This document shows positions 23,330 through 36,001 of a DNA stretch of 64,000 nt, piece after piece. The position numbers and the translations under genes are program-made. Origin of the DNA: Chromera velia (taxonomy: Eukaryota); assembly GCA_018398765.1 (NCBI GenBank), contig JAHBMJ010000444.1:62001-126000 (forward strand), written 5' to 3'. Under the pieces are notes generated by a model. The model did not search any database and had not been told where the DNA came from. It saw only the letters and a list, made by a program, of their open reading frames with translations. Within the stretch, counting starts at the first letter, position 1; the number at the start of each line of letters is the position of its first letter.

Positions 23330-25876
23330 TGTGCCGCAGGCAAATTACCAGGGATGGAGCGGGGAACAGGCCTTTTGCAGATACTTTTTCAAACTTCTGG
23401 GCGTCTGTGTTTGAAGGGGAAGGACTTCCCGGCTTTTCTTTCCCCTCCTGCCCCCCTCTCCCTCCTCGGTTCCCTTTCTTCTCTCTCTCTCTCTCTGTGC
23501 GAGAAAGTCATTAAAGAAATAAACCCTAAGAAGGCAGCAAGACTTGAGGGTCTCTCTCTTAAGCATACTGCTCTATGTTTTGGCTTATCGCGTCTCTTAT
23601 GTTTTTTTTTAATCTTTTTTAATCTTTTTCACCTCTTCTCTTACTGGCCACCCAAATGGAATTTCTTTTGCATCGTCCCCGTCCCTAAAGGCCCTGTGTC
23701 TCCATTGGCAGATGAATTGAGGCCTATACACATAGTAAGTCTTCTTGCCAAGCTCTTTGCCCTGCTTATGGATTCTCGTCTTCGTTTAAGAACGAGGATC
23801 GATGAGAGACAGATAGGCTTCAGGAAAGGGGTCGGAACTAGAGAGGTGATTCATGCTTTGTTTGCTTTATTGAAAACTGCAAAAAATAAAAAGAGATCGT
23901 TATTTGCTTCTTTTGTGGACTTCAGTAAGGCGTTTGACAAAGTAGACAACAAAAAACTGATAGAAAGGCTCAAGGAAGAAGGGCTGGGGGAGGGGGACAT
24001 TTGAATGATTCATGCGATGTATGTTAAAGTAATGGGGAAGATTGAGGGCTCGGACAATATGTTTGAGGAAGGAACAGGAATCAAGCAAGGGGACCCACTC
24101 TCTCCTCTTCTCTTTCTTCTCTTTATCAATAACATTCAATGACATACCTCCATTAGCCTTTAATGCAGGGAGCCCCGGCAAGAAGAACGAGCAAACCTTC
24201 CCGAGGAAGCGAACGCCTGATGGAGGGGGGAGTTAGAGGCTCAGCCCAGAGCCTTAAACTCCTCCCCCCCAGACATACTCCCGACAGAAGTGAGGTTAGG
24301 AGACCTACTGCTTGAGAGTATTGGATATGTCGATAACCTCGTCATCTTTGGACACTCCCTCCAACACCTCCAGAAGAGGATTGATCTGTTGGCTACTTAT
24401 TGTGATAAGTGGGGGTTGACGGTAAATCTGAAGAAGACAAAGGACCTGGTGATGAGATTGGCAGGTAGAGAGGGGGTAGATGAAATTCGTTTCAAGGGTC
24501 GGACGGTCGACTGGGTAGAGAGTTATAAATATCTTGGCTGTCAGGTTTTTTCTGATGTGGACCCTCGTAAGTCTGTGACCGCTAGACTTGAAGCCACAGA
24601 AAGGGGAGTTGGGGAGGCTATGAGTCTGTGCAGGTCTGTATGCGTCAATAAGTATGCTGTCCCCCCACAGTCGTATATCCTTTTTCAAGGGGACATGGAA
24701 GCCCGCCGCCACCTATTCCCTTGAAGCTCTCCCCATTTAGGAATCTGACATCCGATGCTTAGACTCCTTTCAGCTTCGTTTTGTGTGTTAGTCTCTCCGT
24801 CTGCCCTGGAATTCTTTTGTGTTTCCCACCCTTGCAGCCGTTGGGCTGAGGCCCATAAGAAAGATTCTCAGTGTTAGATTGGGGGGGTATTTGAGAAGTC
24901 TCTCCCTTGCTCGTTTGGCTTTGTCTCAAACATTATGGGCATGCCACAGGAGGGGCCCAGGGAGTTAAGGGCGTGGTCAGGGTCTGTAAAGAAGCTTGTA
25001 TAACCCGTCAGTCCTGCCCTTCTGGAAGGTGAACTAGATGAGGTCGATTTCAGAACATCAGATAGCAAGCTAAGAAGGGGAGTAAGAAACAGAGAAGTGA
25101 ACAAATGGATGGGGGACTAGATAAACCTGGTCTCTATCATAAAAAGAAGAAGAGGGAAGCAGGGGAGACAAGGAATGCATAGGAGCATATCTTTTCCTCC
25201 ATCTGCTTGCCTAAAGGAATATCAGAAGGAGAATACTAACAGCTAACGTTTTATAAAATTGGTTCTCGGTAGCTTGATGGAGGGGCGGGGGAGCTCATGG
25301 TCTGCCTCGGCAGAACCTCTCACTAAGCAGTTCTTGTCTTCCTCTGGGGTAGTTTTCCACCCTTTGTTGTACGCCATTGTTGGAGGGGGGGCAAACCATG
25401 GAGGAAGGGTTAAATCAATTTGCAAAGCCTCTGAAGAAAAAAGTTGGGAGAAATTGATTAACGATCCGATTCACCGTCTGACAACTTATGTCTGAACAGA
25501 GGTGCCGCGGGGGAGACTGAGTGATCCCTGGTATAGGCGATTAGAGCGTATATCAATAGAAGAAGTGTGTAAGCATGGAAGCCTGAGGGGGTAGGGGGGT
25601 GGGGCAGGCCGAGGAGTGGGTAAGGCGGTACTTCTCGCTTCTTCTTCAGAGGGATGCCCGAAAGGCTACTGCCCTCATTGCTGCATACCTAGGACCGGAC
25701 TGATCGATCCTGGGGAGCAGTGTTTTACTAGCTAGTAGTCCTAAAGTTCGGCTGCTTTAGGTGAACATTCGCTAGCATGCTCCTAGCTTGCAATATGACA
25801 TGAATGCTCACAGACTACCCTTTACCATTGGGACACAATGGCTGGTGGGTTAAGTCACCTCATCATCATCATCATC
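23330..25876 (+). mobile_element. 5'-truncated, decayed non-LTR retrotransposon (LINE) reverse transcriptase with a (CAT)n 3' tail
   Basis: RT motifs VPVPKG, LRPIHIVS, QIGFRKG, FVDFSKAFDKV, GIKQGDPLSPLLF, YVDN (degenerate YADD), WGLTVNLKKTK and YKYLG, interrupted by stops. Ends in catcatcatcatcatc at 25861-25876. The 5' boundary is approximate. Confidence 0.92.
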
Positions 25877-26109
25877 AGGCGCGGACGATATAAATTTTTT
25901 TACTGAACCTCACTGGACCTTAGATAACCTTATGTATAGAGGGGTCCCGAATGTACCTGAATTACGCATAGATATACTAAAATATACGTAGATGCCGTAC
26001 TTGGTTTTATTTAAATTGATTTCTGAACTACTAGGCTTTTATTTTACTCCAAGTCTTCATCATCTTGCATGGGGGGCAATGCCTGTAAAGCCCATGGCGT
26101 TTATGGGTA

Positions 26110-26507
26110 AACGCCGCGGGGCTGCGGAGCGGCCGTACTATGCCGCGGGGCGCCCGAAGGGCGCTACGCGGCACGCTGCGGAGGAAAGTTTCCTCGTGTC
26201 CGCGCCGCACTGCGGAGCGATTGTCCAAGCTACTCTGTGGAGCCCCGCGACAAACCATTCACAGACTTGTCAAAACACAGTGCATGAAAACATGCATACC
26301 AAAGTGCTGTGCATCTACGAACCCTCATTTCCATACCAAAGAGCCTCCCAAAAAATTTTGGCGCCTGCGGTGCAAATTGCTTGTTTTATGAGTATATATA
26401 TTGGCAGGGCGGGCAGGGAAGGGTGCGCCGCCGTGGAGGGGCTTGAAAGAGTCCGCGGCACAGCCACGGACCAAATTGAAGAGCCCCGCGGCGCAGCCGC
26501 GGGGCTC
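26110..26507. repeat. Cluster of GCCGCGGGGC motifs in both orientations, including a perfect 12-bp hairpin
   Basis: gagccccgcggc-gca-gccgcggggctc at 26481-26507; further copies at ~26113, ~26142 and ~26240 (partial, reverse). Confidence 0.8.
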
Positions 26508-26997
26508 AAAATGGCGGCTTTACAGGCATTGATGGGGGGCCTAACTGAGTCTCCTATAGGCTATTATAATATAGAGTCCTAATTAACTCCTAACCTAACC
26601 TGCTCTTTCAAGTACTTTTAAGCATCAATTGGACCCAACCTTCGCTCGAGATCGCGCCCAAGAGCTTTGTGGCTGCATGGCACATTCAGTCTGAAATAGC
26701 CGAGCTAGATCGATCGATGTGAGATTCGCAGATCTTGGAACTCTTGTCAGACCCTTGAGAGCCATAATATGAGAGTCGGATTTCGACTCAGGGTCACTCA
26801 CCGTCACTGCCCCTGACACTGGACGAAAGAGACAGCAGCAGAATCTCAGATGTGAAGAGGCACGCCATCCAGTGGTTTGGTTGGTCTGTCTATCTGTGAA
26901 CCTCGCCGTGCACAAGCAACACTCCTGGATTCGACCAGGCGTTGTGTTCACTCTCCTCAAGAGAAAGCAGCCGAGTAGACACGAAGAGAGAGCCACG

Positions 26998-29900
26998 ATG
27001 TTTGTCTTCGACCCAGTAGCAGATCCTTACTGGCGGAAGCCGATTCCCTGGAACATTCAACAGAAGAAAGCAAACATCAGGGGTCGAAGGAAGAGAGAAA
27101 ACTGGCAGTTCTTTTTCGACACCATGAACCCCAGAAGGAACTATGTTCGCAACAACGATCCTCAGTACGACACAAAAGCAGAGCTCGGTCTCCCGCCAGA
27201 GCTTTTCCCTGGATATTTCTCCTACGAACAAATCACACTCCTTCACCAAAGAGCGTACAGAGCTGAAATGGACCTATCCCCACTTTCATCAGAGGCCGAG
27301 CAATCAGAACCCGAAGAGAACCCCTTTGCAAAGCCCATCCCCCCCCCACCCCTCTGCACTACAACGCCCCGAAGAACCAGACAGCAGTCGCCCAGGAGAG
27401 GTACGTATTCAAAAGGCCCGCTCCTTCCCGTCTTTCAGTTTCTTTGACTTCCGTTTTGGTCGGTCTTCCCTTTTGTCTCCATGTGTACGAGAACGCAGTT
27501 TTCACGCAAAGGTGTTGCACGTTGCTTTCTTCGTGGAACATCTACGGAAGATGACCTCACGTGTACACTAGAAAGAGAAGAAGAATATGCATATCGATCA
27601 CATGTGCTTGCTCTCTTTTTATGCAGTGACAATCATCAAGGCGGAAGATGAGACCAAGCAAGCACCAGTGACCAGGTCAAGAGCTTGCCAGCCACCACCA
27701 CCGAGAGCAAGCAGGTCTCAGAAGGGAGGCCAGCAGAAGGGCTTGAGCCTGCAGCAGCAAGGCAGGGGGAGAGGCCAGCCGCAGTCAGGGAGAGGAGGAG
27801 TTTCCGCGGCAGCTGCGGCTGCTCCTCAGAGACGCGCCACAGGTTGGGCCTACGAGGAGTCGGAGGACGAGGACGACTTCGATGAGGACGGGGAGGATGA
27901 CCAAGAGGATGAAGAGGAGGAGGAGGAGGGGGGCGATCGGGAGCAAGAACAAGAGCAAGAGCAGGATGAAGACGCAGAGGAGGAAGAGGAGGATGATCCA
28001 GAGGACCGTCCACTGATCCCTCTGACCCCTTCAATGCATTCAGACTCCCAACCCATGCTCAGGGGTGGCCTTTCCACAAGAGGAGGCTCTGTGCGGGGAA
28101 CAGAAAAGGAAAAAGAAAAGCCGCAAGATAGAGAACCACAGGGGGAGCGATCGAGAAAAGCACATGCACCCCCCCTTCCCCAGGGAATTTCATCTCCTTC
28201 CGCAGATAGGTTCTCTCTCTCCCTTTCCTTCTCCCCAAAATCCCCCCATGCCACATCCCCCCTTGTTGGCCCATTGTGGAAGCGTTCCACAGGTACAGAT
28301 ACCACTCAAACAGAAACCCGCCAAGACATCGCAGCGGGTGCCCAGGGCGAAGGAAAAGAAAGACGACCCCAGGAAGAGCAACCAAGCTCTTCCTCTTCCT
28401 CCTCCTCATCATCATCGTCCAACGCAGCCCCCCCCACTCTGATTCCCCAGAAAGGAGCTTTTCCCTCCCTTGACCTCAAAGCTGCAGAACGAACCCCCCT
28501 TTTCCCTCTCCTTAACCCTGCCCCCGCTTCTGAAATTCCTGCAGAGGTTCCGCCGGCAGCAGGAGTCGCGCAAAGTCCCACAAGCACACTCCAGACAGAC
28601 CACACCCCACACGCAGCCACAGCCACGGGCGCAAAGTCAACTAGAGGTCGAAAACCCGTTGCAGCAGCAAAAGCCTCTCCAACCGTCAACGCCACTGGAA
28701 CTTCCCCCCCCGTGTCCACCGCCACTCCCAAACGGCAACAACGAAGGCCGACAATCGCCTCCCCCGGACTGTCTCCCGTTGCGTCTCCCCCCTCCATCTC
28801 ACCGACAGCACCCCAACCTTCCACTTCACCCCATGCGTCTCTCACAGGAGGAGGGGCGTTTCCAGGCCCCCTGCCTTCCATGGCTTTCCTGCAGGCTGTC
28901 GGTGCAACCGGCACAGGAATCAGTGCCAGCCCCCCAGGCGGGTCTGCCGAGGGTCTGGGAGGCCACGGCATAGGCGTAGATCCGACCAAGGACCCTGTGA
29001 CCGGGGTGGTTGACTTGCCTCCCCTGCAATCTCCCACAAGCGCCTCGAGCCCCTTCGCAGCACTCAGCAGTATCCAGAACCTTCAGACCCCCTTCCATCC
29101 CTCTTTGGCCTCTCTGTTTCTCCATCCGGGCCTTCTCTCCGCACTTCCCCCTCAACACCCTCCTGCTCCTCCAGGTGGAGTGTTGCCAGTGGGTGCCTCT
29201 CCCCAAGCGTCCTTGCAGGAACTCTTCAACCTTGCGAATCTGATGGGAACAGGGATGAATCCGGGGGGGGCACCTCTGGAGTCTCTTTCCACTCTCTCCA
29301 GAGGCCTTCTGGGCCAGCCTGGCCTCCAAAGGGCGGGGGGGGGGGGAGCTCTTGGGGCCCCTCCGCCTCTGCTCTCCCCCTCAGTGGGGCAGGTTGCTTC
29401 TCTGGGACAGTTGGGGGGGGGGGCAGACAGTCAAAGACCTGCAAAAACGCCTTCCGGGACCGCCCAGCCGCAGCAGTCCCCTCTAGAAACTGCAGCACCC
29501 GATGTCCTCCAGCTTGGACAGGGACATGCCGGGGCCCCCCGACAGACCGACAACGAAGGGGGCCCAGGGGGACAGGGACTGGAGAGCCGCCCGCTTTCCC
29601 TCTTCGGTCTCGAGGCTCTCAGAAGGGGGGGGGAGACGGGTGCACCGATTCTACCTTCGCCGTTTCCTTTCCAGGCACAGAGGGACAGTCACCGACAAAA
29701 GCCATCCCCCGAGGCCGCCATGCATTCAAACGACCAGCCACCTGCTGCTGCCGGAGGGGATGTCTTGAAACCTCCAGACGGTTCTCTGCCTGACGACAGT
29801 GGGAGCAGCAGCAGTAGCAGTATCTTCAAAGGACTTGGGGGTGGGGTGACAGGTCTGTCTGGAGTCTCGACATCGGCAGGCTTCGGCCTGTCTGGAGGGT

Positions 29901-30148
29901 CTGACGAAGCTTCGCCTGCCGAGCTAGGCCCCCATTCTCCTGAGGCTGCAGCAAAAAAGAGACCCAGAAGAGGGGGTACACCGAAAACAGCTGCAGCGAC
30001 GGCACGCCCCCTTCCTTCCCCTTCGCCTCTGTCCCTTCCAAGCCCCTCTCTGCCTGCCAGCGTCCACCCATCGCTCCCCCCCCCGGCCACCGGAGCGCAG
30101 GGCTCTGTGGTTCCTCCTCGTGACTCTGCAGGCAAAAGAAAGAGATGA
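26998..30148 (+). CDS. Hypothetical ~974-aa, largely disordered protein (acidic tract, Pro/Ser/Gly-rich, basic NLS-like motifs); 2 exons
   Basis: ATG at 26998. Exon 26998-27400 (donor gtacgt) joins exon 27627-30148 (acceptor tttttatgcag) in phase 1. KKRPRR and a C-terminal GKRKR are present. Confidence 0.75.
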
Positions 30149-33100
30149 CTTCCTTGATCGATCCTTCTTTTCTTTTTTTTCTCTTCTGGTGAAAACAAAG
30201 AAAGAGAGAAAGAAATGATAGAAAGAGAAGGGAGCGAAAGGGGTGTGTAAAAAGAGAAACGAATTTGAACGTACCATTTTCTTTTCTTCAAGAACTCATC
30301 AGTAAAGCGTGAAAGCCGTGCAGCAGAAAAAACAATTCAGGTCTTCATTCTCTGTTCTAAAAGCACAATGAGGCATGCGCTCCCAACAAATTTGCCTCCG
30401 CGCATACTCAAAGCCTCCGCAGCTGACTGTGGCCTCCGATCTAGTACATTGGCTCGAAATTCGTTATTGGGAGACGTGTGCGTGCGTGTGTGTGTGTGTG
30501 TGTGCATGTGCATGTAGTAGTCATATGGGGGCTTGGACGGACAACTCGTCAGGAAAGCCCCATTTGATGGATGGATGAATGGATGGATTGAGAAAATGCG
30601 GTTCAATGAAGAGAGAGAGAGAGAGAGAGAGAGAGAGGTGCAATCGATCCTTCGGGTAAAGATTAAAAGAAATGGACTCGAGGTAATGGTTGCAGGAAAA
30701 ACGGAAAAGCAGCTTTGGAAACAGGGCGACAGGGTCGAGGGAAACAAAGAGAGATCCTGCATGCGTCCAAGAAAAGCAAAGATGACAGACAGAAGGACGA
30801 ATAACGGGGTAGAGACTTTTGATGAATCAAATTGGTTTTGCTTTTTTTTTGAATGTGCAGCTGTGCAGGGTTCCATTCTGAATGCTGACATAAAGTCATA
30901 ACCCATGACTCTGACAGCTAAGGAAGAGAACGACAAAAAAGAAAGACAGTTCATGGACTGGAATGCAACCAAGCAACCATGCAGGGTGAAATTTCATCTA
31001 TCGATTCGACTCATCAACCTCACTCTTCCTCCTGTCTCTTCAATCTCACTCTTTCTCCTCTCTCTTCAATCTCACTCTTTCTCCTCTCTCTTCAATCCCA
31101 CTCTTCTTCCTCTTCAATCTAACTCTTCCGTCTCTATGTTTGCATCCCACCCCTCGCTTAGCGTTTACCTTTCTTTCTTCATCTAATTCATTTGACCGCT
31201 CTCGGATCTTATCCGCTTCCTATTTTTCAGTGGCCCAAAAACAGGGCAAGAGTGCGTGGGGTAAGAGGAGGGAAAGGGCACGGGACAAAAAGGAAAATTC
31301 ATGCAAGTGGAGATGCAAGAAGGAACAGAGGAGAGGAAAAAGAGAGGGAGAGAGAGAGTGGGAGAAGAGCAAGGAAGGCCTCTGGTTGACTCAGTACACT
31401 ACCGACCGTGTTCAAAGGCTCTTCTCTTCTTTCCCTTTCGTCTTTCATTCAATGGGGGAAGAAGAGAGGGAAAGTCCATAGTAAAAACAGCCAATTGAGG
31501 GAGAGTCAGAGTCGAGCTCGGGAGAATGCATGACCGATTGATCCGTCTATCGCTCATCTGTCGGACTGGACATGACGTAGGAAAAAGAAAGTAAAGAGTC
31601 TAATCAGAAAAGCCCTCTCCTTTCCTCCCATACCCTCTCCTCCTCCATCTCACTTACCACTTCCATGCACAAAGCTTTGGCTGCCCCTTGCAACGAACGA
31701 TCACCTCAAGGCAGAATCGATCCCCCATGTCTACTTCAAGAAAAAGAGAGAGGGAGTGGGGGGGCGAGCAAGAAAGGCTGGCGACCCTCTGCTTCCTCTC
31801 TCTACTGTAAATCTACACTATTGCAATTTTTCTTCCTTTCTTGGTCCTCTGTTTATACTGCTCCCGAAATCGATACTCAGGCAGCAGGGTACACAAAAGA
31901 GACAACAAGCGGAAAAGAATGAAAGAATGAGAGACAAAGACATCAGAACAACAAACAGACAGAAAGAGAGAGAGAGAGAGAGAGGGAGCCAAACAACAAA
32001 ACCACAGAAACAGGAAGGAATCTGCAGAGCGGGAAGGAGGACGATTGCCAAGAAAAAAACATGCGGGCAAGGAGGATGTGTGTCTCAAAAAAAGATCCGA
32101 TTCGATGTGCGAGTTATTCTTTTCTTCTCAAAAGAAGGTACATCGAATCCTTTCCTGTTTCTTTTCAGTTCAACAACAGTGCTGTCGAATTCATTCTGAC
32201 ACCGTTGCCTCTTCTAGTCCGTCCTCCTTCTGTTTCTCTTCCTTCTCTTTCCTTTCTTCAGTTCGTTTCTCTTCTCCTCTCTGCATTCCTTTTCATCCAA
32301 AATAGCAGGTGGCGGGTGCAACGATTGAGGAAAGAATCCTGAATTAATGGAGAACTGTGCAAAAAGAACGTGATTGAGGAATGATGTGCTCGGCAAAAAA
32401 GGGGGGGATCTCGTCCACGCAGTTGGATCGGGGAGCACGAAGTCATCCAAGCACTCAAAGCCTGAGTTCAAAAGCAACAGGCTCGCAGCAAGACTGCCCA
32501 TCGCTCCACGTGACTGTCCAACTCATTCACGGCAATCAAGGCGAAATTGAATTCAAAATATCGACCCAACAACTCAAACCGGGCGCCACTGTTCTCCAGC
32601 TTGGCACCACCTCTTCTCAAACTGGATCCTTTGCGTTTTCTGATTCATTCAAGAGCAGCAGCAACTAGTAGCAACTTTCTTGATCATCTGTGTGTTGTGA
32701 ATCTTGTGATAGTCTCGTTGGTGTGTATTATCCAGCAAGTTGGGTGGTGTTGGTTTTGCACTGGACTGCGCAACGCTAGGCGCAACGGCACAGTTGCTGG
32801 CACTGGGAGCAATCAATATATTGGAACAAACATGAAGGTCTAGGTGTGTAGTAGGTGATGGTTGAACAAACAGCTTTGCAATTTTAAGTATATATGTAAT
32901 ACTATATACCACACTCTACATGGCTATTTCTATTTTTTTCACTGCTCCAACTATCGAAACATTTTTTTTTTTTAATATTAGATTTATAGTTTTGAATGAA
33001 TGAATGAGGTGAAAGCCGATGAGCCACCACTTAGGCTTTAGTGACCCCAGCTGCCAGTGTGGTCCCGGCCTATGTCCTAGCCTATGTCATACAGAAATTT

Positions 33101-33702
33101 CATCACTCAACCTAGACTCCTCGGGGCATTGAATTTAAAGGCTTGCAAGACTGTGCCAAGACTAGATCTAAGACTGGGTGGCCCACTGGCCCCTTCGCTT
33201 TATTCAAGTTTATTGTCTTAAACTCGTTTATCATACAGGGTGCTAGACAGGGTGAAACTTAATCGAAGAAGACAAAACCTTTTCAACAGTTATCAAACTA
33301 TCATCAATTTATGCTCAATTATTATTATGATTATTATTATTAATCGGTCTATAGGCCACACAAATCACAGTAAATGAATTTAGCTGTATGTAGATATAAA
33401 AAGCACTAAACCACCTGGTTACTACTATCAGTTACTGCCAGTGTTATATTATGTGGCATATCAAATTAATTATTTGTTTATTAATTTACACAATTTATGT
33501 TTAACTTAAACACATATGCAATCTAGTATGCAATAAGAAATTTGATATTCTGACTTTTCCCGTATTAAAACTTTTATCGTTGCCTCGACCGGCATTAAGG
33601 GGCAATCAGGTCAAAAGACGCTTGAAAAGAGATCCTGGACCAGATCAAACCTGGCGATGTGACTCAGATACTCATTCTCTTTTTTCATGATGACAGGTCG
33701 CA

Positions 33703-35961
33703 TTACATGATCGGGCTTTGCTTGTCTTTCAACTCCAGGAGTGCCGCAATGGAAAGATGGTCTGACCCATAAGTGGCAGATGGAAGCCCGGGAAGGATTT
33801 GTGACTCTTCAACTACCCCCAAGACGCCCAAAACCTGCAAAATCAGCGGAATGGGAAAATCGATCACAGTCACGCGCAGCAAGCATAGAAGATGCAATTT
33901 CGTCCTTGATTGACCTTTGCACAGGAATTGAAGACGATGTGCGAGTGCCAACTCTTTCACTCGAAGGCGGGATAGATTTCAGGCAGCCAGAGGCTTGCAG
34001 AACACACCGCACTCTCCAGGCCACCAATCCACGTCCCCCCCGTCCTTCGCCAGTCGCATTCAAATTATAGGGCCTTCCCCCCAGAAAGCATTAAAGAAGA
34101 TCCTTGCGACACATTCAGAAGTGCTGTACTGGGAGAGGAAGAAAGAAAACGGAAATTTCTGGGCTCGAGGAATGAAAGCAGAGAGCATGATCAAGTGAAG
34201 TGCGGCTAAATTTGCGCTTTTCATTTCTTTCTATCTCTGCCTCTCTGTCATCGCGTCTCCATCTCTTTTGACATTTACTTGCATTCCACAATCTCTTTCT
34301 TTCTGCTTCTCCACCGGCCTGTCTTGTCTGTCCTTCTCTCTCTCTCTCGTCCCACCGCCCACCTTTGTGTTCCGTTTGTCTGTGAAGATCCAGTCCAGCG
34401 TCGCGTTGAAGCCGTTCACGTAATTCGTGAAAGGAAGTGACTCGCCCACCGCCTCGTAAACACACTGCATTCAGTTAATCGTTCACGCACAAAAAAAACT
34501 CTGCCCCCTTGTTTCCATCATTGTTTCCCTCGCCGAAAGACGACAGGCAAATCATCGAAGAACCAATTCACGGACCTGCAAACCGCGCAGAGCCAGTGAG
34601 ACACTTAGGTGCAGGCCCAAAAGGAAAGAGGACATCGAGGCACTCACCTGCAACTCCAGCGGAGCAATTGAAACGTTCACACCTGGACCCTCGCTGAGGT
34701 CCTCTGGTCCCATTGCTGTCTCCCAGTCCGCCCCCGATGTACCGCTCGCACCTTCTCCGTGTGCCGCCCCCTCTTTTCCCACTTCCCCAGCTTGAAGTTC
34801 CCTCTCTTCTGCCGCTCTCTTTGCAGGGTCCTCTTGGCCCGTCTCCGCTTCTTCCTCTTCTGCTACTGCGACGTCCTCCAACGATGCCTCCCCTCCCTCC
34901 TCCCCCTCCTCAGTTGTCTCACGAGACCACCGAAATCGAAGCCCGAGCTCCCAGTCGCTGTGCGTTGACGGGACTTGCCCCTGCTTGAGGAGATGCACTG
35001 GCGCTGCAGGTATTCATCGGCAGACAGGTGAACACCGTGGATCCGTTTGATATGAGAAAGAAAGGCAAGAAGCGGCAAAATACGCACCCCCAGCACCCAA
35101 ATTAATGAAGAAACGAATGAATACTTTCAGACAGCGAGCAAGACGATTCCCCAAATGCCCTGCCAGAAAGAGAAGAGGCCTCACTGCCAGCCTACCTGTG
35201 AGTGGATGAGAATTCAGGTCTCCACACAAAATCATTGCCGCCCCCCCCTCGTCACCCGATCCCCCGTCCCCCCGAGTTGTGTGCGCCTCTGCAAGTCTCT
35301 TTACCTCTCTCGCCATCAGGAGCGCTTGCAGAGTGCGAATGTGCTGCAGAAGAGAAGCAAATTGCCCGCCCAACAAGAGAAGAAGCGCATCAAAGAAGAG
35401 AGAGCTTACAGAATCTCTCAAACAGGGTAATGCAGAGACTTGACAGGCCGAAATAAATCGATTGAATCACTCCAACCATACACCGACAAAATGAACAGAC
35501 AGGCCGCTCGAGGAAAATAAAGACAAGCAAGCAAAGAAAAGGAAAACAAACGAACAAACAAATCTAGCAACACACAGAAACCGTCGGACGACCCGAAAAA
35601 AGACGGAGTAAAGTAAGCTCTCAATGATGAAGCCCACTCTCTTTTTCTCCTTCCCTACCCTACCCTCGCATACGGATGGAAGAAGAAGTGAGAGTTTCCG
35701 ACAACGACCAGCCTCCCAGTCTTCCTGTGCCGCAACGCCGCCAATTGGATCACTGTCGACATGTGTGGAAGGACGGAGCCCTGAAAAAAAAAGAAAAAAA
35801 GGGAGAAATTAAGGAAGACAGGGGGAAGAATACAGAAAAAGCAACAGCAGGAGCAGAAGGGAAAACTCATCACGTCGGAACGATCGACCCTGTCGATTTT
35901 TGTTCTGTTTTGTTTTTCTTTTCAATGCTGCACGCTTTCTTTCTCCACACTGTCCTTGGAT

Positions 35962-36001
<40 letters not shown>

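Noticed and set aside
32380..32850. Coding-like minus-strand stretch
   Set aside because: Interrupted by stops and unassignable to any family.
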